A stretch of DNA of 64,000 nucleotides, taken from the NCBI GenBank assembly GCA_037443035.1, contig JBBIPC010000012.1, positions 36,417 through 100,416 on the forward strand, written 5' to 3'. Position numbers and translations under genes: made by a program. This document shows, one piece after another, positions 18,524-27,447 of the stretch (positions are counted from its first letter, which is position 1; each line of letters starts with the position of its first letter). The DNA comes from Chthonomonadales bacterium (lineage in GTDB: Bacteria > Armatimonadota > Chthonomonadetes > Chthonomonadales > CAJBBX01). The notes under the pieces were generated by a model. That model saw nothing but the letters and a program-made list of their open reading frames with translations. It was not told the origin of the DNA and ran no database searches.

Positions 18524-20017
18524 CTACTCGATCTTGCGATAGACGCCACCTCCGAACACGAACCCCTCGACTTGCTGCAGCCATCTGCCGTCCTGGTCGC
18601 GGCGCAAGCGTAGCCGAAACGCACTGGCTTCCGGGTCACCGGCCTTGAAGTACGGGCAGTCTGGCCCGGTCCGCAGCAAGCCGACCGAGAGATCGGGGCG
18701 CAGCAGCCAAGACACACCGGCCTTGTTGGTCCACCGGAGTGCCGGATGTCCGTCCGCAGTCTCCCGAGTGAGCCTGCCCACGTGCCAGTCATTCTGCATC
18801 GGCTCGTGGCGGTACTCGCCTAGGAGATCGTCGAGCCTCAACCGGCGGAGGAGGCGGGCCGGCGGCGGCACGTACTTCAAGGCGATGTGCAGAGGTCGCT
18901 CCGCTTGCACCTGAATGCGCTTCCGGATGGCCTCGTCGTAGTAGTCCGGTTCGATGAACCCTACGAAGTCACCGGGCCAACTTTTCCTGTCGAACCACTG
19001 GTGATCTTTGGCTTCAAGACCGAACTCCGGGTAGATGCGAAAGATGTGATGCATGAACTCGTGCTGCAGCCACTGGGGCAGGTACGCCCGGCGCTCGATG
19101 TCGGTATACCGTCCTTTGCCCAGGTGAGGCGGCTTCCTGGTGAGCCAGCGATCGTCAATGATGAAGCAGGGCGAATCCCCATCGGGACCGGTGCCCATGC
19201 CACCTGTGATGAATTCGGACCGGGCGAAGTCGGGATACTGCTCGGGCACACAGGAGGGATAGAGGATCCACCACCAGTCTGTGGACGATCGAACGGCATC
19301 CGGCACTGCGTTCCAGATGCGCTGCCAGGCATCGCCAGCGAGTCCGGCGAAATGCCCATGCACGGCTACTGGTACCTCGAGCATCGGCATATGGAGGACC
19401 TTGACCTGCACACCCAGCGTGCCGCCCGAGGCAGCCCGTACCCATTCCGTGAAGAGCCACAGGGAGTCCCGGATAATGGCCTTGCCTGCTGTTACCAGCG
19501 ACGGTTCGAGGACGTGCAGCGACTTCTGCCCTGAGCCAGCATCCAGCTCCTTCGCGGTGGTCGGCTCGATGCCACTGGACCTGCCGACAAGGATCACTCG
19601 CAGCGTTGCAGTTGCCAGAGGCCGTAACCGGCGATTGGAGGAGGTGCGCCAACGGACGCATTCCGTCAGCATGCGCAGAGCGTAGTAGCATGGCGGCGTG
19701 CCCACGTTGATGCCGTGGCTGCGTCCAAGATCCCACGCCTGCCGGTAAGCTCTGGCCCATTCCTCCGTAGCAGGCGGATGCGCGGCCCAGAGCCTATCCA
19801 ATGCCTGTTTCGCGCTCGCGTAGTTGCCCTTGCGATATGCCGCCTCGGCCGTCATGAACGTGTCGAGAGCGTCTCGAAAAAGCGCTGACGGGGAGTCCAA
19901 CCCCTGCGATGCGTAGAATCGTTCGGCCGGTGTGCTCGCGCCCGGAGGCGCTGCAAGCACACTGTTGCTCAGAGCAACCGACAGCAGTCCCAAGCTCGTG
20001 AGTGCCGCGAAACGCAT
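18524..20017 (-). CDS. Secreted hypothetical protein with HExxH zincin motif
   Basis: AGGAG SD; signal peptide MRFAALTSLGLLSVA; QHEFMHH. Confidence 0.7.
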   Translation of the reverse strand: MRFAALTSLGLLSVALSNSVLAAPPGASTPAERFYASQGLDSPSALFRDALDTFMTAEAAYRKGNYASAKQALDRLWAAHPPATEEWARAYRQAWDLGRSHGINVGTPPCYYALRMLTECVRWRTSSNRRLRPLATATLRVILVGRSSGIEPTTAKELDAGSGQKSLHVLEPSLVTAGKAIIRDSLWLFTEWVRAASGGTLGVQVKVLHMPMLEVPVAVHGHFAGLAGDAWQRIWNAVPDAVRSSTDWWWILYPSCVPEQYPDFARSEFITGGMGTGPDGDSPCFIIDDRWLTRKPPHLGKGRYTDIERRAYLPQWLQHEFMHHIFRIYPEFGLEAKDHQWFDRKSWPGDFVGFIEPDYYDEAIRKRIQVQAERPLHIALKYVPPPARLLRRLRLDDLLGEYRHEPMQNDWHVGRLTRETADGHPALRWTNKAGVSWLLRPDLSVGLLRTGPDCPYFKAGDPEASAFRLRLRRDQDGRWLQQVEGFVFGGGVYRKIE

Positions 20018-20120
20018 AGGACGATTCTCCTGGAGTGGACTCTCCGCCAGCATGAACCTGCGGCCGCGGCGCGCGTCTATGCCTGTGAAACCCTGCCTCG
20101 GTGCAGGCCGACGGAGGTTG

Positions 20121-21116
20121 ATGATGATAGCACCGCGCTCCGCACTGCTGCTGACCGCGTTCACTGCTCTGAGTGTAGCATGGCTGTCCGGACATCGGCC
20201 TGCAGACTACGATCCTCTGAATGTCCCCAAGGAGCTGACGATCCGCAAGGTGGATCTCGTCGTACACGATGGGGCGCGACGAAGGGACCTACCTGTGCTC
20301 GTATACATGCCCGCGCGCGAGACTCCTCAGCCTGTCGTGCTATTCAGTCACGGACTTGGGGGATCTCGTCACGGGAGCTCCTACCTTGGCGAACACTGGG
20401 CGAAACGTGGATACGTTGCGGTTTTCCTGCAGCACCCTGGTAGCGACACCCAAGTCTGGCGGGGTGTTCCTCTTGCGCAGCGCCGAGAGGCCATGAACCG
20501 AGCCGCGTCGCCGGAGAATCTGCGCTTGCGGGCAGAGGATGTCCACGCAGTGCTCGATGCATTGGGCCGCTGGAACAAGGAGAAAAGCCAGCTCTTGTAT
20601 GAACGTTTGGACATGAGCGCAGTCGGCATGTCGGGACATTCCTTCGGAGCCCGAACGACGCAGATCGTCAGTGGTGAAGTGCACAGACTGTGGGGAACGA
20701 AGTTCCTGGATACGAGGATTCGGGCTGCCGTGATTTTCAGTCCCAGTAGCCCGCTGGGCATGGCTCCAGCCGAGGCATTCGGAAGTGTCCGTATTCCGTG
20801 GCTTCTCATGACCGGCACTCGCGACGTTGCACCCATCGGCGGTCAGGATGTGGAGTCGAGGCTCCGTGTCTTCCCTGCGTTGCCACCGGGAGATAAGTAC
20901 GAACTCGTGCTCCACGACGCCCAGCATTCCGCCTTCACCGACGCATCGCGCCTGGATCGTGGCTTCCGCAACCCGAACCATCATCGGGCGATCCTTGCCA
21001 TCTCGACTGCGTTCTGGGACGCGTACCTCCGCCATGACACGCAGGCTCAGCAGTGGCTCCGGGGAGATGTGTGGCGAGGTGTTCTGGAGAAAAAGGACCG
21101 CTGGCAGAAGAAGTGA
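20121..21116 (+). CDS. Secreted alpha/beta hydrolase (dienelactone/PAF-acetylhydrolase-like)
   Basis: FSHGLGG, QHPGS, GHSFG nucleophile, TGTRD and AQHSAFTD motifs; GGAGG SD. Confidence 0.88.
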   Translation: MMIAPRSALLLTAFTALSVAWLSGHRPADYDPLNVPKELTIRKVDLVVHDGARRRDLPVLVYMPARETPQPVVLFSHGLGGSRHGSSYLGEHWAKRGYVAVFLQHPGSDTQVWRGVPLAQRREAMNRAASPENLRLRAEDVHAVLDALGRWNKEKSQLLYERLDMSAVGMSGHSFGARTTQIVSGEVHRLWGTKFLDTRIRAAVIFSPSSPLGMAPAEAFGSVRIPWLLMTGTRDVAPIGGQDVESRLRVFPALPPGDKYELVLHDAQHSAFTDASRLDRGFRNPNHHRAILAISTAFWDAYLRHDTQAQQWLRGDVWRGVLEKKDRWQKK

Positions 21117-21192
21117 GGTGCCACGCCCCATGGGAATGTCGAGGGTAGAATGAAAGCGTCCTCCTTGCTCGCACAGACCGGCATTCGTGCTG

Positions 21193-21220
21193 GGAACTCC
21201 CTGTGCGTGCCTGAGCGTAA
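21193..21220 (+). promoter_or_regulatory. Candidate autoregulatory ECF promoter
   Basis: GGAACT-N17-CGTAA directly upstream of the ECF sigma gene. Confidence 0.6.
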
Positions 21221-21226
21221 CCTCAG

Positions 21227-21850
21227 GTGTATGATGAGGACGTCATGGAAGCGGGGTTGAGAGCCTCAGCGACGTCGCGATGGTGCGATGCTGAAGAGTT
21301 CGATCAGTATGTCCGGCGCTATCACCGGCAAGCTTACAACATCGCCTATCGTTTGGCCGGGAACCACGCAGACGCCGAAGACATCACGCAGGAGGCCTTC
21401 ATCCGTGCGTTCCGGTTCTTCGACCGCTACAACCGCTCCATGCCGTTCGAGAATTGGCTGTACCGCATCATATCCAACGTATTCATTGACGAAGTTCGAC
21501 GGCGGCCGAAGCTCAAGATGCAGTCGCTGGATCAAGCTGTGACAGCCAGGAGCACCTCGAGCGAGATGTCCTTCGAAGTGCCCGACCTTGCCTCGAACCC
21601 CGAAATGATGATGATGGAAACCACGCTGGATGAACCGTTGCAGCGGGTGCTGGACTCGCTGCCGCGGGACTTCCGCCAAGCCGTCATCCTCGCGGACGTC
21701 GAGGGGCTGTCCTACGAGGAAATCGCTGAGGTCATGGGCTGTTCGCTGGGTACGGTGCGATCCCGACTGCACAGAGGGCGGAAACTCATGCGCAACCGTC
21801 TACTGGGCGAGAGCTACGTCCCTCCGGGTCGCCAGGGAGGAGCAGAGTGA
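21227..21850 (+). CDS. ECF sigma-70 factor
   Basis: DAEDITQEAFIRA, NWLYRI and GLSYEEIAEVMGCSLGTVRSRLHRGR motifs; alternative start ATG 21245. Confidence 0.95.
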   Translation: MYDEDVMEAGLRASATSRWCDAEEFDQYVRRYHRQAYNIAYRLAGNHADAEDITQEAFIRAFRFFDRYNRSMPFENWLYRIISNVFIDEVRRRPKLKMQSLDQAVTARSTSSEMSFEVPDLASNPEMMMMETTLDEPLQRVLDSLPRDFRQAVILADVEGLSYEEIAEVMGCSLGTVRSRLHRGRKLMRNRLLGESYVPPGRQGGAE

Positions 21851-22425
21851 GTTGTAGGCGAGCTGCTTCTCTGATCAGCGCACTCATAGATGGTGAGCTG
21901 TGCGGCAACGAGGCACTTCGGGTACGTGACCATCTTGAACGTTGCGAGTGCTGCCGGCGCGAATACGAGTCGTTGCTGCGGACGAAGCGCCTGCTTTCCA
22001 GCCTGAAACCGGTGGAACCTCGACCGGAGTTCGAACGGGATATAGTCCTTAGAGTCCGGCAGGCATGCCAGGAACCGGAGTGGCGCAGGAGAATCGGGGC
22101 ATGGTGGGCGACGACGGACGCAGGCACACGTGTGCGTGCGGCGGCTCTGCTCGCCGCGTTCTCTTTGATAGTCCTGGCCCTCTCCATCCGGTTTACGCTC
22201 ACCAGCAGCTCTACGCTACCCCCTCGAGCATCAACCGGTACGCTCGCCAACGCCGATGCCCTGCCGCTGCCGGAGCAAGACATCGCCTTTGCGCACGAGA
22301 CATTCGATCGGCCGCAACCTGTGAGTTACCTGCCTAGTCCGGAGCCCCAGGTCAAGGGCGAAGGTGCTCGGCTGCAGCCGCTCCAGCCCTGGCAGACGTA
22401 CAGGCCGGTTGCCTCGGCTCCCTGA
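21847..22425 (+). CDS. Zinc-binding (zf-HC2) transmembrane anti-sigma factor
   Basis: ISALIDGEL...HLERCECC (HxxxCxxC) plus one TM helix; overlaps the sigma stop codon. Confidence 0.9.
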   Translation: MSCRRAASLISALIDGELCGNEALRVRDHLERCECCRREYESLLRTKRLLSSLKPVEPRPEFERDIVLRVRQACQEPEWRRRIGAWWATTDAGTRVRAAALLAAFSLIVLALSIRFTLTSSSTLPPRASTGTLANADALPLPEQDIAFAHETFDRPQPVSYLPSPEPQVKGEGARLQPLQPWQTYRPVASAP

Positions 22426-22430
22426 GGAGC

Positions 22431-23705
22431 GTGGAGGTGGACTACGCCATCCTCCGGCAGGGGTGCCTACGCCTGATTGCCGGCGCAACCATCCTCGGTC
22501 TGACGTGCATAGGGTTTGCTGCTCCGTTGCCAGACGATGTCGTGGAGCTGTACGTTCGCGCCTCGAGAGGCGTCAATCTTCGCGGCAAGGTCCTGACCGT
22601 ACACCCTACACCCAATGCAGTCCGAACCACAACCCGGCGCGTCGTAAGACGAAGCGACGGCAGGAGCCTCACCGTGTTCGAGGCGCCGGCATCGCAAAGA
22701 GGTGTGATCCTTGCCGATGATGGTGTCTGGACCTGCCGTTACGACCCAGCCGAGCACATCGTTCGGCGCAAGCGCTCCCTGGAGTTGCTCGATCGCGACG
22801 CCGACCGCCGATTGACGCGCCTCATTCTACGTAACTATGTACCCCGGCTCGAGGGAATGGAGACGATTGCGGGACGCGCTTGCTACCGCTTGTGCCTCGA
22901 ACCCCGATCTCGCTCCGGCCTGACGATCCGGCTGTGGGTGGACAAAACCACCGGTGCGGAGCTGCGGCGCGATGAGTTGGACGCCTGCGGGAGTACTGTC
23001 TGTATGACGCTCTACATGTCCGTCTCTTTTCCCGCCAGCATCAGTCTGGCCGAGGTGACCCCTCGGTATCCCCGCAAGGCGCGTGTCGTCACGCTGAGTC
23101 GTTCCGCCGTGCATGTCGACATAGCTCAACTAAGCAAGGCCGCTGGCTTTCCTGTACGTGCCCCACTCATGACACCGGCGGGCTTCGAGTTCGTCGCGGG
23201 CACGGCAGCCACTGTGGCAGGTCGGCCGTCGGCGTTCCTACGCTATACCGACGGTCTCTCGGACCTCACTGTCATCGAAACGCGAAGGTCTAACCGTGGC
23301 AACCTTCCCTCGCGTGCGGCCCGTGTCCTCGCTAGGCCTTATGGGGAGACGGAAGTGGATTACGTCCTGGACGATCTCCAGGTTGTTGTTGTAGGACGCG
23401 GCGATCCCCGCGAGCTGCTGGCAACAGCCGAGACCATGGACGGCAATCTCGAACGGCGATGGCGGCAGGACGTCGAGCGTGTCTTCAACGGCCGATCACA
23501 GGCCGTGGGAACCATGCGCAACAGGGGCCTAACAGGCGACGTCGTCGTTGCCCTGTTATCCGTATCTGCGCAGGCCGGGAAGCCCCCGCAGACCGCCGTT
23601 GATTCCTACCTTCAAGGGTCATGCTGGCGAGATCTCGCCAGAAGGTGGCGCGTGCCGGAGACGACTGTGTTGCGCCAGATCCAGACGCTCTGCGGATCGC
23701 GGTAG
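22431..23705 (+). CDS. MucB/RseB-like periplasmic regulator with extra C-terminal helical domain
   Basis: Signal peptide; E.IAGRACY, RLWVD..TG..LR and LRYTDGL motifs; third gene of the sigma/anti-sigma operon. Confidence 0.75.
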   Translation: MEVDYAILRQGCLRLIAGATILGLTCIGFAAPLPDDVVELYVRASRGVNLRGKVLTVHPTPNAVRTTTRRVVRRSDGRSLTVFEAPASQRGVILADDGVWTCRYDPAEHIVRRKRSLELLDRDADRRLTRLILRNYVPRLEGMETIAGRACYRLCLEPRSRSGLTIRLWVDKTTGAELRRDELDACGSTVCMTLYMSVSFPASISLAEVTPRYPRKARVVTLSRSAVHVDIAQLSKAAGFPVRAPLMTPAGFEFVAGTAATVAGRPSAFLRYTDGLSDLTVIETRRSNRGNLPSRAARVLARPYGETEVDYVLDDLQVVVVGRGDPRELLATAETMDGNLERRWRQDVERVFNGRSQAVGTMRNRGLTGDVVVALLSVSAQAGKPPQTAVDSYLQGSCWRDLARRWRVPETTVLRQIQTLCGSR

Positions 23706-23901
23706 CATCGCGTCTCGGCTCGAAGCGGCATTCCACCACCCCAGACGTCTGACATCTCCGCGACCCGACGGCCTGTGCTCCCCACACCGCGCTAACTCAG
23801 CGGCCCAGTGCTAGCTACGTCCCCATGCGCTTTCCTCCAACTTCCGACCTGTCCGATCCATGCGTCAGACAAGAATCTTTGTCGAATGTAGGAGAAACTA
23901 C

Positions 23902-23931
23902 TTGCAACTGTAGGACGTACGGTGTTATAAT
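23902..23931 (+). promoter_or_regulatory. Sigma70 promoter for the 24012 gene
   Basis: TTGCAA-18 nt-TATAAT with extended TGn; TGTAGGA direct repeat at 23887 and 23909. Confidence 0.7.
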
Positions 23932-24011
23932 GCCTAGGTTCGCAGGCAGCGAGCAGATCATACAGCAAGCCTCTATCACACGTCCGTGGCCTATGCCACA
24001 TTAGGAGAACA

Positions 24012-25217
24012 ATGCCAATGAGAACCCTGCTTCGAGGGACCGTCGCCGCTGTGGCTGTGCTGGTCCTCTCCGTCAGCACCTTCGCCCAGACGTACTACAA
24101 CACCATCGAGAAACCCCTATACGCCGGTCAGAGCATTCTCATCGGCAAGCTCGTTGTCCAGCAGCTCAAGGAGAACGGCCAGAAGTACTTCGTCATCACC
24201 TACGACACTACCAGCGCACCTGCAGGATATGATGGCTACGTGCCGGGTTGGACCATGCAGACAACCCACCTGTACGTCGGTACGGCGCCCCCAAAGAAGT
24301 CCGCGCCCGGCCGCTTCCCGTTCAAGCATGAGGGGCTGGACAACGTTACGGTAGATACGTACAAGATTCCCTACAGTCAGTTCTTCGGCACGCAATGCAG
24401 CGGTAGCAAGAAGCTCTACATCGCTGCTCATGCCGATACGTGCGAAGCAGGCGAGTGCGTGCCGGACTTCGCCAGCTTGGCGGCAAGTCTGGCCGCCGCT
24501 AACGGCTCGACCGCTAGCCTCGATCAGAATACACCCGCGGCGTTCGCCGAGCTACTCTCCAGCGTGTTCGGTCCGATCCTCGCATGGTGCGTTCAGGAAG
24601 ATGCACCCCTCTACATAACGAACTACACAACCCAGTTCCTGCTAACGTACAACGCCGACGGAACGTCGAATACCGCCGCCCTAGCGTGGATGGGTACCGG
24701 CGCACAGGCCATGGGCGTCACGGCCATCAACTACCTGAACTTCCTGATCAACCAGCCGTACGTGGTCAATTGCGGAAGCGGGGTACCATTCCATTTCGGC
24801 GTAATCCCGAATGTCGCGTTCGATCAGGGTGGTCCTCCCACGGACTACGGCGATCTGGTCATCACGAAGGACGATATTCAGGTTGCCATCTGGCACATCA
24901 CGAACAATACGCCTCTGGACGAGTATGGGAATCCGGGCAATGGCTCAGGCATGTACGCTCCCGCATTCCATGTTCAGGCTATCGTGGCGCACGTCGCCGC
25001 CAACGGAGCGAACTTCGTGCCAGGCTGTGGTGACTACGTTCTGGCGCTAGTCGATCCGACGTACGCGCCGAAGCCGACGCTTGTTATCCAGAACTTGGGC
25101 TTCGCACTGCCACTCTCCGGCACGACTGGCACAGGCAACTGTGAGACGGCGTGGGCCAAGGGAACCACCCGGTTCTGCACAGGCTGGGGATCCTACTTCG
25201 TGTACAATGTCAAGTAG
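24012..25217 (+). CDS. Secreted protein with a putative thioester-domain-like (TED/TQXA) insert
   Basis: AGGAG SD; signal peptide ending TFA|Q; AWCVQ, DIQVAIWHIT and VIQNL motifs. Confidence 0.8.
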   Translation: MPMRTLLRGTVAAVAVLVLSVSTFAQTYYNTIEKPLYAGQSILIGKLVVQQLKENGQKYFVITYDTTSAPAGYDGYVPGWTMQTTHLYVGTAPPKKSAPGRFPFKHEGLDNVTVDTYKIPYSQFFGTQCSGSKKLYIAAHADTCEAGECVPDFASLAASLAAANGSTASLDQNTPAAFAELLSSVFGPILAWCVQEDAPLYITNYTTQFLLTYNADGTSNTAALAWMGTGAQAMGVTAINYLNFLINQPYVVNCGSGVPFHFGVIPNVAFDQGGPPTDYGDLVITKDDIQVAIWHITNNTPLDEYGNPGNGSGMYAPAFHVQAIVAHVAANGANFVPGCGDYVLALVDPTYAPKPTLVIQNLGFALPLSGTTGTGNCETAWAKGTTRFCTGWGSYFVYNVK

Positions 25218-25243
25218 CTGTCATACACCCGGAGGTGATCGCA

Positions 25244-25384
25244 ATGTCCAATGACGGCAAGAGGACTCCATACCAGCGGCCCCAAGCACGTCTCGTGATG
25301 GTCAGACCTGAGGAGCGCCTCATGAGCTGCAAGAAGACGTCGACAGACGCGCCGCCGTGCGCGAGCCCTCAGGAACTGAGCTAG
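25244..25384 (+). CDS. RiPP-precursor-like peptide 1 (46 aa)
   Basis: GGAGGTG SD; MSNDGKRTPYQRPQARLVMVRPEERLMSCKKTSTDAPPCASPQELS. Confidence 0.85.
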   Translation: MSNDGKRTPYQRPQARLVMVRPEERLMSCKKTSTDAPPCASPQELS

Positions 25385-25413
25385 GGGTTTCTGCGTATCC
25401 GAATACACTACGT

Positions 25414-25453
25414 GCCATCCCCGCGGTAGGAGAGATCCTACTGCGGGGGTGGT
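25414..25453 (+). terminator. 18-bp stem-loop with GAGA (GNRA) tetraloop between the two peptide genes
   Basis: GCCATCCCCGCGGTAGGA-GAGA-TCCTACTGCGGGGGTGGT; three G-U pairs on the + strand; weak U-tract. Confidence 0.7.
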
Positions 25454-25551
25454 TGTTGGTTGTGCGTGGGGGAAGGAGGCACGAGGATTCGTCAGCGGTC
25501 CCAAAGGGCAGTCCTCAATAGGCAACTACCTTCTATTAGGAGGCGAGCGCA

Positions 25552-25692
25552 ATGATGAGTACAGGTAACAGGCTTCCGTATCAGCGTCCACAAGCTCGTC
25601 TCGTGAAGCTCAAGCCTGACGAACGCCTCATGGCGTGTGGAAAGCACCCCGCTGGGGGCGGGGCTTGCGTAGGTAAACCTCACTATAGCTAG
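25552..25692 (+). CDS. RiPP-precursor-like peptide 2 (46 aa; not in ORF track)
   Basis: AGGAGG SD; manual translation MMSTGNRLPYQRPQARLVKLKPDERLMACGKHPAGGGACVGKPHYS; paralog of 25244. Confidence 0.85.
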   Translation: MMSTGNRLPYQRPQARLVKLKPDERLMACGKHPAGGGACVGKPHYS

Positions 25693-25831
25693 TTGGTGCG
25701 GGGCCGCGAGACGTACTGGCCTTTCCCCTCCGAGAGCGACGCAGATCGGCGACTTGGCGGTTAGTTCAGTTCAGCCGGCGCTGGATATGCGTCGTTGATC
25801 CAGACTTGCGGTTCAGCCTTCCGAGCCAACG

Positions 25832-27424
25832 CTACGTCGCGGTTGTTTCTCCCGTGTCTGTTTCTGACGGCTGGCTGTCCTGGTCGCTTCCCATACCCGG
25901 AACGCGGCGGACGAGGTCCTGGAGCTTGATGCCGGTCATGGCTTCGAGTACGGGTGGTACCTGCGCCATGATGCCCGTCACCTCGGAGGTTATCTTGCTG
26001 GCGCCCACTCCGTCTCCGCCGCTGTTGATCATGACGATCTTGTCCACCTTTGCCAGTGGCGCAGCGATCGCCTGGGCGATCTCCGGCAGACGCTCGATGA
26101 TCATCTGCGCCACCGCCGCCTCGTTGTAGGCTTTGAACGCTTCGGCCCGCTTCATCATCGCCTCTGCCTCGGCGAGACCCTTGGCGCGAACGGCTTCGGC
26201 CTCGGCAAGACCGCGTGCCTCGATGCCAGCAGCCTCCGCCAGCGCCTTGGCTTTGGCCACCTCAGCGTCGGCCAGGCCACGCATCTTATTGGCCTCAGCC
26301 TCGGCCTCGCCAGTCTTCTGCACGACGTCAGCCTGTGCGAACCCGGTCATCTTGGCGGCCTCGGCCTGGCCGCTCGCTGTTGTCCGGAGGCGGTACTGCT
26401 CGGCTTCCGCGATGGTCTGAATGCGGTTCCGCTCAGCCTCGGCGGGCTTCTGCACCGTCGCGATGAGTTCTTTCTCCTTGCGCAGGATTTCCTGCTGTTC
26501 CAGCTCGGTCTGTTTCAGTTTCTCGACGATCTGGACCTGGACTTCTTGCTCCTTCACCTTCTGAGCAGTGGTGAACTTCTGCAGATCGTAGGCCAGATCC
26601 GACTCGGCCTTCTTCTGGTTCACGGCCGCGGCGTATTCCGCTAGTTTGAGCTTGTAGTCGCGGTCCGCTTCCGCGATCTTTGTATCGGCCAGATACTTCG
26701 CTGTGGATGCCTCCTGGGCCGCCTCGGCAGCTCGTATGGTGGCATCGCGGTTGGCCTCGGCCTCACCGATCTGCGCGTCTCTCTTCACCTGGGCGATTCG
26801 CGTCTTGCCAATGGCCTCCAGGTAGCCGCGGCTGTCGCTGATCTCCCGGATGGTGAAACTCACGACTTCGAGGCCCATGTTCGCCAGGTCACCGGCGGAG
26901 ACTTCCGCCACGCGCTGCGCGAAGGCCTCATGGGCCGCGTAGACCTCCTCCACGGTCAATGTGCCCAGAATCGCGCGCAGATGCCCGGCTACCGTCTGGT
27001 AGGCGATCTGCTTGATCTCTTCCCGACTCTTGTTCAGGAACTGCTCAGCCGCGGTGCGGATAGAGACTTCGTCACCCTTGACCTTGATCTGCGCTACGCC
27101 ATCCACTTTGATGGGCACACCCAGCTTCGTATACATTTCCGGCGTTACGATGTCCAGGGTGATTAGCTCCAGGGACATGACTTCGACCCGCTCCAGTACC
27201 GGATTGATGAGCGAGCCGCCGCCCTTCACGATGCGGAAGCCCAGGCGTCGGCGAGTACCATCCTCTTCGACTACTGTCTCGCCACGGCCGCCAGAGATGA
27301 CGAGGACTTCATTGGGCCCAACCTTGCGATACAGCTTGCTGTAGATCAGAACGATGACGACGCCGAGACCAACCACCGCGGCGGCAATCGAGCCCAGATA
27401 GGTAAGCAATCCCGATTCCAACAT
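25832..27424 (-). CDS. Flotillin (SPFH/FloT-like)
   Basis: N-terminal TM, YRKVGPNEVLVISG, AAEQFL and GHLRAILG motifs; AE-rich coiled coil. Confidence 0.95.
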   Translation of the reverse strand: MLESGLLTYLGSIAAAVVGLGVVIVLIYSKLYRKVGPNEVLVISGGRGETVVEEDGTRRRLGFRIVKGGGSLINPVLERVEVMSLELITLDIVTPEMYTKLGVPIKVDGVAQIKVKGDEVSIRTAAEQFLNKSREEIKQIAYQTVAGHLRAILGTLTVEEVYAAHEAFAQRVAEVSAGDLANMGLEVVSFTIREISDSRGYLEAIGKTRIAQVKRDAQIGEAEANRDATIRAAEAAQEASTAKYLADTKIAEADRDYKLKLAEYAAAVNQKKAESDLAYDLQKFTTAQKVKEQEVQVQIVEKLKQTELEQQEILRKEKELIATVQKPAEAERNRIQTIAEAEQYRLRTTASGQAEAAKMTGFAQADVVQKTGEAEAEANKMRGLADAEVAKAKALAEAAGIEARGLAEAEAVRAKGLAEAEAMMKRAEAFKAYNEAAVAQMIIERLPEIAQAIAAPLAKVDKIVMINSGGDGVGASKITSEVTGIMAQVPPVLEAMTGIKLQDLVRRVPGMGSDQDSQPSETDTGETTAT

Positions 27425-27447
27425 GTGTCCGTTCCTCCAGTGTTCCG

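Noticed and set aside
25400..25550. Possible riboswitch (e.g. c-di-GMP) between the peptide genes
   Set aside because: Only one GNRA hairpin; conserved aptamer motifs not recognisable by eye. An Rfam scan would settle it.
25244..25692. Calling the peptides lasso precursors
   Set aside because: No Thr at -2 of a plausible core start, P2 core has no Asp/Glu acceptor, and no lasso cyclase is in the window; class left open.
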